Below, piece after piece: positions 40,064 to 50,086 of a stretch of 64,000 nucleotides of DNA. How positions within the stretch are numbered: the first letter of the stretch is position 1; each line of letters begins with the position of its first letter. The DNA is from an uncultured cyanobacterium (GTDB lineage: Bacteria > Cyanobacteriota > Cyanobacteriia > Pseudanabaenales > Pseudanabaenaceae), in contig OY969811.1 of NCBI GenBank assembly GCA_963703315.1, positions 2,560,001 to 2,624,000 of the forward strand. The letters run 5' to 3'. The translations under genes were made by a program, and so were the position numbers. The notes below the pieces were generated by a model. That model was not told the DNA's origin and ran no database searches. It saw nothing but the letters and a program-made list of their open reading frames with translations.

Positions 40064-40066
40064 ACA

Positions 40067-40099
40067 GTAGGAAGGCAATTCATGAATTGCCTTCCTACT
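40067..40099. repeat. GTAG-type REP palindrome between convergent genes
   Basis: GTAGGAAGGCAATTCATGAATTGCCTTCCTAC; related copy near 15544-15570. Confidence 0.75.
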
Positions 40100-41050
40100 C
40101 TAGATGGCTTTCGCAATCACCGTACGATGTCGGGGAGTATTCGCAATAATAGTAGGAGTTTCAAACCCTGCTGCAACTAGTTCTGATGCCAAATCAAAAG
40201 AGAAGTATTGATCGAGATAAGGTTCCGTACTTTTGAGTAAGGTCAAAATGTAAGGCGGCATTTTGATATAGATATCTGAGTAGGGATTCATATCCATAAG
40301 GGTGAAGTGACCATTGGGACGCAAGACGCGGCGAATCTCTTTAAGGATTTGGCGAGTGGCATCTTGAGGCAACTCATGAAATAGCAGGAAACAGGAAACG
40401 ATATCAAAAGAATTATCGGGCAAGCCTGTATGTTCGGCGGCGGCGTGAACCCATTTTACTTGTTGCGATTCTAGAAGTTCAGGATGCTTAGTGTGGGTGT
40501 TGTAGTTAGCGATCGCCAAAAAATGTGGTGACAAATCCAAACCCGTGATTTTGGCTTGTGGATAAGCATTATGTAATACAAAAGTACTCATGCCCACACT
40601 GCAACCAATATCGAGAATATCTTGAGGCTGCGTAGAAATCTTCTCCTTCACAATATCAATGTAACTTTGACGCAGACGGGAATCACCTTGGACTGGAGGC
40701 TGTGCATCATTCCAAATCCGTGAATGCACAGCATAGGCAGCAACTTCTACTTCCGTTGCAGGGAGCCAGCCGAGATTCCCTTCTTCGTAGGCATGGAAAT
40801 GTTTGAGGTAATATTCGGGATATTGAATACTAGGATTTTGGACTTTGGCGAGTTCGCTATCCAGATCTTGTTTTTGTAAATCTGCAACAATTTGTCTCCA
40901 GTTTACGCCCATCGACTCAGCACGTTCGATCATCATTTTGCGGGCGCGTTGCTTGGCAATATTAAATAAAGGGGCGATCGCTAAGATGCCATTAACTAAG
41001 CGGGAGGCTAGTCCAATTTTGGGGCTAGGGTTTGAAGTTGCAACAGTCAT
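40100..41050 (-). CDS. Class I SAM-dependent methyltransferase
   Basis: YY...FHAY.EGNL, LDIGCSVG, LFHELP. Confidence 0.88.
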   Translation of the reverse strand: MTVATSNPSPKIGLASRLVNGILAIAPLFNIAKQRARKMMIERAESMGVNWRQIVADLQKQDLDSELAKVQNPSIQYPEYYLKHFHAYEEGNLGWLPATEVEVAAYAVHSRIWNDAQPPVQGDSRLRQSYIDIVKEKISTQPQDILDIGCSVGMSTFVLHNAYPQAKITGLDLSPHFLAIANYNTHTKHPELLESQQVKWVHAAAEHTGLPDNSFDIVSCFLLFHELPQDATRQILKEIRRVLRPNGHFTLMDMNPYSDIYIKMPPYILTLLKSTEPYLDQYFSFDLASELVAAGFETPTIIANTPRHRTVIAKAI

Positions 41051-41112
41051 AGTTAATTAAAAAAATATAATTCGTATAATTCGTAAAATCGTAGATTAAC
41101 AAGCTGAGCTTG

Positions 41113-41658
41113 TTAATCTACGATTTTACGTGACTTAATGGCGATCGCAGGATTACCACTGTAAATTGTCATCGGTTCTAGCGATCGCGTTGCCACACTG
41201 CCTAAACCTAAAACCGCACCTTGCCCCACTCTGACCCCTGCGGCAATCACTGCCCTTGCGCCGATCCAGCTTCCTGATTCGATATAAATTGGTGCAGTCC
41301 GCAGTCCAAAATCGCGATCGCACCATTCGTGATTACCCGTACATAAGTAAACACCTTGAGAAATGCAACAATGGCTTTCAATCGTGATCAGGTCAAGATT
41401 ATCGAGCCACACATCTTCTCCAATCCACACAAAATCTTTGATCACTAAGCGCCAAGGAAATTTCACCCGCACCCCAGTTTTAATGCGTACAGCTTTACCA
41501 ACTTCCGCACCAAACCAACGCAAAATATTAACTTTTAAATTAGAAAAAGGAATTAAATAACTACGCAGTAGCGGCGCTCCGATAAAGTACCAAAGCAACT
41601 GCTTGATTAGGCTTGCACCAATTCTGTATGTACCTGTTGTGTAGCGATCGAGACGCAA
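41113..41658 (-). CDS. wcaF: WcaF-family hexapeptide acetyltransferase
   Basis: LRWFGA.VG, VKFPW.L, SQGVYLCTGNH, GNPA. Confidence 0.85.
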   Translation of the reverse strand: MRLDRYTTGTYRIGASLIKQLLWYFIGAPLLRSYLIPFSNLKVNILRWFGAEVGKAVRIKTGVRVKFPWRLVIKDFVWIGEDVWLDNLDLITIESHCCISQGVYLCTGNHEWCDRDFGLRTAPIYIESGSWIGARAVIAAGVRVGQGAVLGLGSVATRSLEPMTIYSGNPAIAIKSRKIVD

Positions 41659-41745
41659 AATTATGATCCTTGGTGATCCCTGATTTAGGATTGCTATACA
41701 ATATTAGGACTTTTCAAAGTCTTAACTAAGGGTCGAGTTTTTGCT

Positions 41746-42129
41746 ATGCAAGTTTGGGTATTGCTGTTTAACGCCAACACCGATAACGAAGGTATCTATA
41801 CTCTAGAAATTGAAGGCAAAAATATTATTGTCGCCTTTGAGCAAGAGGATGACGCAATTCGTTATGCAGGTTTATTGGAGGCACAAGATTTTTTGTCGCC
41901 TACCGTTGAAAGCATCGATAGTGAAGATTTAGAAGAATTTTGTCGAGATGCGGGTTATGACTTAAACATTGTGCCAACTGATGCACTGCTAGTTCCACCT
42001 GAAAAAAATGTTGACAAAACCGACTGGTCAAAAGACAGCGACCAAGAGCAATCACTGCCAGAGGATGAAATTGAAGTCGAAGATCCCGTAATTGCCATGA
42101 TGCGCCGTCGCTTAGAGAATCTACTGTAG
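41746..42129 (+). CDS. DUF3110 protein
   Basis: VLLFNA.TDNEGIY, FE.EDDA.RYAGLLEAQDF, RRRLE.LL. Confidence 0.85.
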   Translation: MQVWVLLFNANTDNEGIYTLEIEGKNIIVAFEQEDDAIRYAGLLEAQDFLSPTVESIDSEDLEEFCRDAGYDLNIVPTDALLVPPEKNVDKTDWSKDSDQEQSLPEDEIEVEDPVIAMMRRRLENLL

Positions 42130-42144
42130 TAATTTATTCTAGGG

Positions 42145-42627
42145 ATGACCACAATGGCAGATTTACCTTCTACAACCTTAACCAGCGAAATTACCAAATT
42201 TCAACTACCTAATGAAACCGATGGTTGGTTTAACTATCCCGTGCGAGTTTATCCGCATCATACTGACTATTCAGGCGTGGTTTGGCATGGTACATATCTA
42301 ACTTGGATGGAAGAGGCAAGGGTGGAATGCTTGCGGACAGTGGGTATGAGTTTTGAGGAGCTAGTGTCAGCAGGTGTGGATTTACCTGTGGCGGAGATGT
42401 CTTTGCGTTACCATCGCTCAGCGCGGATGGGCGATGATGTGCTGATTATGACCAAGCTTGTGCCAGATAAGGTGCGCCTGAACTGGGAATATCAAATTCG
42501 GACGGAAACAGATCTATGTGTAACAGCAGTAGTTACCCTCGTACCTGTAGATTTTGAAAAACGTAAGTTATTGCGATCGCTACCAAGCTCCTTAGAAGGG
42601 GCGATCGCCAAACTAACGGGAATTTAG
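42145..42627 (+). CDS. 4HBT/YbgC-type acyl-CoA thioesterase
   Basis: VYPHHTDY.GVVWHG.Y..WMEEAR. Confidence 0.85.
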   Translation: MTTMADLPSTTLTSEITKFQLPNETDGWFNYPVRVYPHHTDYSGVVWHGTYLTWMEEARVECLRTVGMSFEELVSAGVDLPVAEMSLRYHRSARMGDDVLIMTKLVPDKVRLNWEYQIRTETDLCVTAVVTLVPVDFEKRKLLRSLPSSLEGAIAKLTGI

Positions 42628-42696
42628 AAATACTAAGCGATGATGCGGCGCTTCGCGCCGCATCATCGCAAATTCATTGAGGAACTTATAAAAATC

Positions 42697-43908
42697 ATGG
42701 CAGATTGGCAAGTAATTTCAGGTGGTGTGACGGCGGCAAAGGGCTATCAAGCCGCAGGTATCACCGCAGGACTAAAGGCATCGGGCGCTCCCGATTTGAC
42801 TTTGATCGCGTCAGATGTACCTGCGATCGCCGCAGGTGTATTTACAAAATCCTGTGTCAGAGCCGCCTGTGTGGACTTTAACCGTGAAGTCTTAGCAAAA
42901 GGTGGTTACGTTAGCGCGATCCTTTGTAATTCAGGTCAAGCCAATGCCAGTACAGGAGCCGAAGGTTGGCGCAATGCGGTGGAGTCCGCCGAATTAGTCC
43001 AAAAAGCACTTAATACCAAAGATGGCGTTTTGGTTGCCTCAACGGGTGTAATTGGTAAACAATTGCTGATGGACAAGATGCGGGCAGGGATTGCCAAAAT
43101 TGCCACAGTGCTTTCTGCCGATGGTGGTGAAGATGCCGCCAAATCCATTATGACCACTGACACCGTACCCAAAAGCATTGCCTTAGAAACGGTGATTGAT
43201 GGCAAGACTGTCAGAGTTGGTGGGATCTGCAAAGGTTCGGGCATGATCCATCCCAATATGGCGACAATGTTGGGCTTTATCACTAGTGATGTGGGTGTGG
43301 AACCAAAGCTCTGGCAAACGATGTTGTCTCGCTCCATTGATGCTAGCTTCAACCAAGTTACTGTCGATGGTGACACTAGTACCAATGACATGGTGTTGGC
43401 ACTATGCAATGGTCAATCGGGTGTAACTATTACCGATGAAAGCTCTCCTGCGGCACAACAATTACAGTCAATGCTGCAAGAAGTTTGTATGAGCTTGGCT
43501 AAGGCGATCGCCCGTGATGGTGAAGGTGCAACCTGTATGATCGAAGTCAATGTGACGGGGGCAGCTAGCGTTGCTGATGCTAGACAAATCGCGAAAACGA
43601 TTGTTGGTTCATCCCTAGTGAAATCAGCAGTTTTTGGCAATGATCCCAACTGGGGAAGAATCGCGGCAGCCGCAGGGCGATCGGGTATTGACTTCAATCA
43701 AGATGTATTGAATATCCAACTCGGTGATTTTGTAATGATGAAAGACGGCACACCGCAGGATTACGATCGCCAAGCTGCTAGTGACTATCTCAAAAATGAC
43801 ACCGTAATCATTAATGTTGGTGTCGGTGAGGGGGATGGTGCAGGTACGGCATGGGGCTGTGATCTCAGTTACGATTACGTCAAGATCAACGCTGAGTACA
43901 CCACATAA
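42697..43908 (+). CDS. argJ: Bifunctional ornithine acetyltransferase/N-acetylglutamate synthase
   Basis: STGVIG, IMTTDT, KGSGMIHPNMATML, DGDTSTND, DGEGAT; ATG 42697. Confidence 0.96.
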   Translation: MADWQVISGGVTAAKGYQAAGITAGLKASGAPDLTLIASDVPAIAAGVFTKSCVRAACVDFNREVLAKGGYVSAILCNSGQANASTGAEGWRNAVESAELVQKALNTKDGVLVASTGVIGKQLLMDKMRAGIAKIATVLSADGGEDAAKSIMTTDTVPKSIALETVIDGKTVRVGGICKGSGMIHPNMATMLGFITSDVGVEPKLWQTMLSRSIDASFNQVTVDGDTSTNDMVLALCNGQSGVTITDESSPAAQQLQSMLQEVCMSLAKAIARDGEGATCMIEVNVTGAASVADARQIAKTIVGSSLVKSAVFGNDPNWGRIAAAAGRSGIDFNQDVLNIQLGDFVMMKDGTPQDYDRQAASDYLKNDTVIINVGVGEGDGAGTAWGCDLSYDYVKINAEYTT

Positions 43909-44104
43909 CCTACAGCGCTTTGCGCTTAAACCCAAACCTAAAGAAATTTTTTGAAAGCTTTGCTTTGCAAAGCTTTCAAAAAATTTCTTTAGGTTTGTTT
44001 TGCGATAAAAAAGAGTGACAGCGCTTTGCGCTGTCACTCTTTGGGATTTTGCTATATGATCGAACTAGCGATCGCATTTTGTTTGCAACTATAGGCTTTT
44101 TTTC

Positions 44105-44977
44105 ATGTCTAGTGTCATCATTCAAGGAGCAGAACACAGCTACAATCTCACGCATCCTTCGCAGTCTCAAGTCTCCCAAAAATCAAGTCCATTAACGATC
44201 GCCTTTTTACATGGTTGGATGCTGAGCCAAGCCTATTGGCAACCATTAATTGATCAGTTACAACCTGATTTTCATTGCTTATCCTATGATTTACGTGGGT
44301 TTGGCAAGTCTCAGATCGGCGATCGCCACGAATATTCTTTAATTAGCTATGTACAGGATCTCGAAGAATTACTTGATCACTTAGCTATTGATCAGGTTTG
44401 GCTAGTTGGACATTCCCTCGGCGGGGCGATCGCTTTGTGGGCAGCAAATTTATTAAGCGATCGGATTTTGGGCGTAGTCTGTCTAAATGCGGGTGGGGGG
44501 ATTTATATCAAAGAAGAGTTTGAGAAGTTTCGCACCGCAGGCAAAATCATTCTCAAATTGCGTCCCCAATGGCTGCAAAATCTTCCCTTAGTTCATGCTC
44601 AATTTGCTAAAGATAGTGTGCAAAATTCTTTAGATTTGCATTGGGGAAAACAACGGGTGATCGATTTTATATCGGCGAAATATCCAGCCGCTAGAGGAAC
44701 ACTCCTTGATTCCACTAGTGAAGCAGAAGTTCATAAACTGCCCCAGATTGTCTCGAAACTACAGCAACCTGTTTATTTTGTCGCTGGTGCAAATGACAGC
44801 ATTATGGAACCCAAATATGTAAATCATTTAGCAAGTTTTCACCATTCCTTTAATGGTTATGGTGAGAATGTCTTTGAACTTCCTGATTGTGGACATCTAG
44901 GAATGTTGGAACAGACAAATCTATTGCATCGTATTTTGTTAGATTTATTGGCAAAACCTGCTACTTCAATAAGTTAG
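44105..44977 (+). CDS. Alpha/beta fold hydrolase
   Basis: FLHGW, DLRGFG.S, GHSLGG, CGH. Confidence 0.9.
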   Translation: MSSVIIQGAEHSYNLTHPSQSQVSQKSSPLTIAFLHGWMLSQAYWQPLIDQLQPDFHCLSYDLRGFGKSQIGDRHEYSLISYVQDLEELLDHLAIDQVWLVGHSLGGAIALWAANLLSDRILGVVCLNAGGGIYIKEEFEKFRTAGKIILKLRPQWLQNLPLVHAQFAKDSVQNSLDLHWGKQRVIDFISAKYPAARGTLLDSTSEAEVHKLPQIVSKLQQPVYFVAGANDSIMEPKYVNHLASFHHSFNGYGENVFELPDCGHLGMLEQTNLLHRILLDLLAKPATSIS

Positions 44978-45124
44978 GACTTACGCAAAAATTCCTAAGA
45001 CCCTCACCCCTAGCCCCTCTCCCAAAAAGGGAGAGGGGAACAAGAAAAATTTCTTACTCCCCTTCTCCCTCTCTGGGAGAAGGGGTTGGGGGATGAGGGC
45101 AGTTTCTAATTTGTGTAAGTCCTA
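44975..45124. mobile_element. MITE with 5-bp TSD TAAGT
   Basis: TAGGACTTACGCA...TGTGTAAGTCCTA; TAAGT at 44970-44974 and 45125-45129. Confidence 0.85.
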
Positions 45125-45276
45125 TAAGTAAGTAGGCTTACAGCCTTACCCTAAGCCCTGTGGCGCACTTGCGCCACAGGGCATTAGATATGTTTTTTTA
45201 ATTATGCCGAGATACTTATAGATTCTGATAGGCTTAAACTGAGACTTTAGCATCCTGATTGTTTGCAAAACCCAAC

Positions 45277-48177
45277 ATGACAAATTTACCGACAAAGCAA
45301 GTTTGGCACACACTTACGGCTGAAGAAGCGATCGCCGCTTTGGATGTTAATCCTGCAATGGGTTTGGAGTCATGGCAAATTAGCGATCGCCAAGCGGTTT
45401 ATGGTCGCAATGAGCTAAAAGGCAAAGCAGGGCGCACTAAGCTGAGTATCTTTGTCGATCAGTTTACCAACATCATGCTGTTGATGTTGATGGGCGTGGC
45501 AGTAGTATCGGCGGGATTGGATATAGCAGCGGGGAATTTCCCCAAGGATGCCGTCGCGATAGCCGCGATCGTGATTTTGAATGGAATTTTGGGCTATGTG
45601 CAGGAAAGTCGGGCGGAGGAGGCATTAGCGGCGTTAAAACGGATGGCGGCTCCTAATGTGAGGGTCTTACGCGAAGGTAAAGTTTCCGAAATCCTATCGG
45701 CGGAACTGGTAGTTGGAGATATTGTATTTGTTGATGCGGGGATGCAGATTGCGGCAGATGGACACTTGTTAGAGGCAGTAAAGCTAAAGGTACGAGAAGG
45801 TGCGCTCACGGGCGAATCTAAGGGTACAAATAAAATTGCCAATCAATTATTTAGTGAAGATGAATCCTTAGGCGATCGCCGCAATATGGTGTTTCAGGGA
45901 ACTGAAGTATTGCAGGGGCGCGGCATGATAGTCGTCACCGCTACGGGAATGCAGACAGAATTAGGCAAGATTGCTAATCTGCTGCAAGATGTGGAATTGG
46001 AAGAAACGCCATTACAGAAGCGGATGACAGAACTTTCCAAGGCTTTGGTGATTGCCTCTTTGCTGTTAGTGGCGATTGTAATTGCGGTAGGACTATGGCG
46101 ACATGGCGACTTTGTGAAGTTATTGAATACTTCCCTCAGCATGGCAGTAGCGGCGGTTCCTGAAGGCTTACCTGCGGTTATTACCGTGACTCTAGCGCTA
46201 GGAACGCAAAGGATGGTCAAACGTAATGCCCTCATTCGTAAATTGCCTGCGGTGGAAACTCTCGGCTCGGTGACGACCATCTGCTCAGATAAGACAGGAA
46301 CGCTAACCCAAAATAAGATGGTTGCCGAAAGTCTATTTACAGCAAATTATGCAGCGCAAATTAGTGGAACAGGTTACGAACCGATTGGCGAATTTGCAAT
46401 TTCCCGTTTAGCAGGGGATATGCTTACCAGTGATTTGAGTGTGTATCAATGTTCTGAAATGCAACTTTTACTAGCCGCAAGTGCGATTTGTAATGATGCC
46501 TATTTACAGAAAACTGCTTTTAATAATCAAGGAACAAGAGGCTTAAGTCCCTTACCTGTCACCGTAGGCAGTTCCCAATGGAAGATTATTGGCGATCCTA
46601 CGGAAGGGGCGTTGCTTACTTTAACAGGGAAAGCAAATCTTTGGCAATCGCAATTCAATAAATATTTTACTAGGGTTGCTGAAATTCCTTTTACGCCTGA
46701 GCGCAAACTGATGAGTGCGATCGCCGCGATCAAAAGCATGGATGCTGAAGATACACCTGAATCCATGCGAACGATCGCGAGTTTATTACCTGATGCTCCA
46801 TACTTCTTGTTTTGTAAAGGTTCTCCTGAATTAGTGTTAGAACGTTGCGATCGCCTTCAAATTGAAAAACAAACTAGCTCCATTACAATTTCCCAAAGAT
46901 CAGCAGTTAATCTCCAAAACACCCTCCTTGCAACTAAGGGAATGCGTGTATTAGGATTTGCCTATTTGCCCTTAGAGAATATTCCGACTGAAGTAGAACT
47001 TAATAATATCGAAAATAAACTGGTATGGTTAGGACTAGTGGGTATCCGTGATGCTCTACGGGAGGAAGCAGCAAAGGCAGTGCAGGTAAGTGGTCATGCA
47101 GGAATTCACACGATCATGATTACAGGCGATCATCAACTGACGGCTCAAGCGATCGCCCGTGACTTAAATATCTTCTCTCCTGAAAACGATAAGGTGTTGA
47201 CGGGTCAAGAAATCGAATTAATGGATGATGATGAGTTAACCGAAATTGCACGACAAACTGCGGTCTATGCCAGAGTCTCACCCGAACATAAATTACGCAT
47301 TGTCCAAGCGCTGCAACGCCGAGGCGAAATTGTGGCGATGACAGGAGACGGCGTGAATGATGCCCCTGCCTTGAAACAAGCGAATATTGGCATTGCGATG
47401 GGCATTACAGGCACGGATGTTTCTAAGGAAGCGAGCGATATGATCTTGCTCGATGATAACTACGCGACGATTGTGGCGGCAACGGAGGAGGGGCGCACGG
47501 TTTACGCGAATATTCGCCGCTTTATTAAATATATTCTCGGTAGTAATGTCGGTGAAGTGATTGCGATCGCTTCCACTCCATTTCTAGGATTTGGCGCAGT
47601 TCCTTTGACTCCATTACAGATTTTATGGATGAATCTTGTCACCGATGGTGTGCCAGCCCTTGCCCTTGCCGTAGAACCCGCCGAAGCCGATGTGATGGAA
47701 AGACCTCCCTTTAATCCTCAAGAAAATATTTTTGCGCGGGGATTAGGTTGGTATATTCTGCGAATTGGCGTGATTTTTGGCTTGCAAACGATCGCTTTAA
47801 TGGAAATCGCCTATAACTCTGGCAATCCCTCATGGCATGAGCATTGGAAGACAATCACCTTTACGACGCTCTGTATTGCTCAGATGGGTCATGCCCTCGC
47901 CTGTCGTTCTGATTCCAAATTACTGATTGAGTTAAATCCGATCTCCAATCCCTATCTCTTAGCTTCCGTGATCTTCACCACGATTCTGCAACTCTCTTTG
48001 TTATATGTGCCATCGTTGCGACAATTCTTTGGCACTGATGCCCTCTCTGCTTCTGAATTAGGTTTGTGCTTTGGATTTAGTATGCTACTGGTTTTATGGG
48101 TAGAATTTGAGAAAATTTTCTCAAGGTGGTGGGTGAAGCGCCGTGCGGCAAAATCTTCTATAAAAAATCAGCCCTAA
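45277..48177 (+). CDS. Cation-transporting P-type ATPase (P2A, PacL/PMA1-like)
   Basis: [40 protein letters not shown]. Confidence 0.93.
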   Translation: MTNLPTKQVWHTLTAEEAIAALDVNPAMGLESWQISDRQAVYGRNELKGKAGRTKLSIFVDQFTNIMLLMLMGVAVVSAGLDIAAGNFPKDAVAIAAIVILNGILGYVQESRAEEALAALKRMAAPNVRVLREGKVSEILSAELVVGDIVFVDAGMQIAADGHLLEAVKLKVREGALTGESKGTNKIANQLFSEDESLGDRRNMVFQGTEVLQGRGMIVVTATGMQTELGKIANLLQDVELEETPLQKRMTELSKALVIASLLLVAIVIAVGLWRHGDFVKLLNTSLSMAVAAVPEGLPAVITVTLALGTQRMVKRNALIRKLPAVETLGSVTTICSDKTGTLTQNKMVAESLFTANYAAQISGTGYEPIGEFAISRLAGDMLTSDLSVYQCSEMQLLLAASAICNDAYLQKTAFNNQGTRGLSPLPVTVGSSQWKIIGDPTEGALLTLTGKANLWQSQFNKYFTRVAEIPFTPERKLMSAIAAIKSMDAEDTPESMRTIASLLPDAPYFLFCKGSPELVLERCDRLQIEKQTSSITISQRSAVNLQNTLLATKGMRVLGFAYLPLENIPTEVELNNIENKLVWLGLVGIRDALREEAAKAVQVSGHAGIHTIMITGDHQLTAQAIARDLNIFSPENDKVLTGQEIELMDDDELTEIARQTAVYARVSPEHKLRIVQALQRRGEIVAMTGDGVNDAPALKQANIGIAMGITGTDVSKEASDMILLDDNYATIVAATEEGRTVYANIRRFIKYILGSNVGEVIAIASTPFLGFGAVPLTPLQILWMNLVTDGVPALALAVEPAEADVMERPPFNPQENIFARGLGWYILRIGVIFGLQTIALMEIAYNSGNPSWHEHWKTITFTTLCIAQMGHALACRSDSKLLIELNPISNPYLLASVIFTTILQLSLLYVPSLRQFFGTDALSASELGLCFGFSMLLVLWVEFEKIFSRWWVKRRAAKSSIKNQP

Positions 48178-48181
48178 GCTA

Positions 48182-49720
48182 ATGCGAAGAAAATTTCCTT
48201 GGTTGCGATCGCTAATTGTTTTAGGCTGCTTTGGTCTAGTCATTTCCTTTGTGGTTCCTTTACTGGATCGCATCATCCAAATCTATCAACTTGTCGCCAA
48301 ATCCTCGCCAATCTTGGGCGGATTTGTGGTGCTGTTGGTAATGGGAGTATTGGCAGGATTATTTTTTGTAACTTGGCGGTATATCAATCTCTTCCAATCG
48401 GAACCAAAGCCACCACGCCCAATTCCTGACGCACCCACCGACAAAATCGAAGCGGCTCAAGACAGTCTCGAAGCCCTAGAACGTCAAGTCGAGCAGATCC
48501 AAGACGAGGTGATGCGGCGATCGCTTGCTGAGCAAACAGAACAATTAAAACAGAACTTCATCCGTCAAGAATTGCGCGTAGTTGTCTTTGGTGTCGGTTC
48601 CGCAGGGAAGACTTCGTTGGTGAATGGATTGCTTGATTTATCGTTGCAAGAGATTGAGAATAAAGGTCAAGTTGGTGCAACAATGGGAACTACACAATTA
48701 GGTAAAGTCTACGCACCTGTGCAGTTTCAAAATCTCGATGTACCGATTCAATTTACCGATTGTCCGGGGATATTAGAGGCGAGTGCCTTGGGTAGCGATC
48801 GCGAACAAGAGGCGCGAAAAATTGCGACTGAGGCAGATTTAATCGTATTTGTGGTTGATGATGATTTGCGGCGATCGGAATATGACGTTCTCAAAGCCCT
48901 TACAGAAATTGGCAAACGGACAATTCTTGCCTTTAATAAAATTGATCGTCTCACTAAAAGCGATCGCGAAATGATTCACACCAGTTTGCGATCGCGAGTT
49001 CTGAGTTTTATTGCTCCCGAAGATGTCGTGGCGATCGCCGCTAGTCCATCTGCAATTACCCTCGACAATGGCGAAGTCGTCACCCCTAACCCGAAAATCC
49101 AGCCATTACTAGCGCGTATTCTCGATATTCTCAGCTATGAAGGTGATGAACTGGTTGCCGATAATGTGTTATTGCGATCGCAAAGGCTGACGGAAGAAAC
49201 TCGTGAAGTTCTCTCTCAACAGCAACAAGCGGAAGCTGAAAAAGTTGTAGAAAAGTTCCAATGGTTAGTGGTTGGTGTAGTATTCGCCACGCCTTTACCC
49301 GTAGTTGATCTCTTAGCTACAGCCGCGATCAATGCCCAAATGGTTGTGGAAATCGGTAGGGTCTATGGCTGTGAAATCAATATCGATCGCGGTAAAGAGT
49401 TAGCGAATTCCCTCACTCGCACCTTAGTGAGTCTTGGCATCGTCAAAGGTGTAGTCCAGATCGTGACTACCGCAATTTCCGTAACCTTAGTCGGCTTAGT
49501 TCTCAAAGCGACAATTCAATCAGTGACGGCTGCTTACTTGACGCGCATTGCTGGCAAGAGTTTTATCGAATATTTTAGTCACGATCGCGATTGGGGTGAT
49601 GGTGGTATTGCGGAAGTCGTACAACGTCAGTTCCAATTAAATCGCCGTGATGAGTTTCTCAAGGCTTTCTTACAGGATGCGGTGAATCGAGTGATGGTAT
49701 TGGTGAAGCAACAAATGTAA
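48182..49720 (+). CDS. GTP-binding protein with DUF697 (YcjF-like) domain
   Basis: G.GSAGKTS, DCPG, NKID; TPLPVVD. Confidence 0.85.
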   Translation: MRRKFPWLRSLIVLGCFGLVISFVVPLLDRIIQIYQLVAKSSPILGGFVVLLVMGVLAGLFFVTWRYINLFQSEPKPPRPIPDAPTDKIEAAQDSLEALERQVEQIQDEVMRRSLAEQTEQLKQNFIRQELRVVVFGVGSAGKTSLVNGLLDLSLQEIENKGQVGATMGTTQLGKVYAPVQFQNLDVPIQFTDCPGILEASALGSDREQEARKIATEADLIVFVVDDDLRRSEYDVLKALTEIGKRTILAFNKIDRLTKSDREMIHTSLRSRVLSFIAPEDVVAIAASPSAITLDNGEVVTPNPKIQPLLARILDILSYEGDELVADNVLLRSQRLTEETREVLSQQQQAEAEKVVEKFQWLVVGVVFATPLPVVDLLATAAINAQMVVEIGRVYGCEINIDRGKELANSLTRTLVSLGIVKGVVQIVTTAISVTLVGLVLKATIQSVTAAYLTRIAGKSFIEYFSHDRDWGDGGIAEVVQRQFQLNRRDEFLKAFLQDAVNRVMVLVKQQM

Positions 49721-49775
49721 GATATCGCGATCGCCTATGTGTTTAACCAGTAGGCGATCGCAATGGCACTCATGA

Positions 49776-49940
49776 CTATTCTCTGCCGAGGTTGAATAGT
49801 TGTCGGAGAAATGCTGCAAGGGCAGCGAGGGTAATCGCTCCTGAGATAGCGTAGCTGATGGGCATGATTAGAGGAGTGATATTGAGGTTGGAGTTAGCGC
49901 TGGTTGAGGTAATTACCTCTTGAGACTTTTGGTTTGACAT
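49776..49940 (-). CDS. Unannotated 54-aa single-TM small protein
   Basis: Manual translation MSNQKSQEVITSTSANSNLNITPLIMPISYAISGAITLAALAAFLRQLFNLGRE*. Confidence 0.5.
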   Translation of the reverse strand: MSNQKSQEVITSTSANSNLNITPLIMPISYAISGAITLAALAAFLRQLFNLGRE

Positions 49941-49994
49941 AGAATTAATTAGTGGAGATTTAAGTTGATAGACTTTATAATCTCAGACGTTATC

Positions 49995-50045
49995 CTGACT
50001 AGGCTCTATGACTTAGGCTGACTTAAACTGACTTGGGCTGACTTG
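49995..50045 (+). promoter_or_regulatory. Phased TGACT(T) direct-repeat array, putative operator
   Basis: TGACT at 49996, 50009, 50019, 50029, 50039. Confidence 0.55.
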
Positions 50046-50086
50046 TTTTTTATATTTTCTTAGACATTTATAAGAGTTGGTAACTG

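Noticed and set aside
42640..42696. N-terminal extension of ArgJ (MMRRFAPHH...)
   Set aside because: Derived from a palindrome; the conserved start is ATG 42697 after a GAGGA RBS
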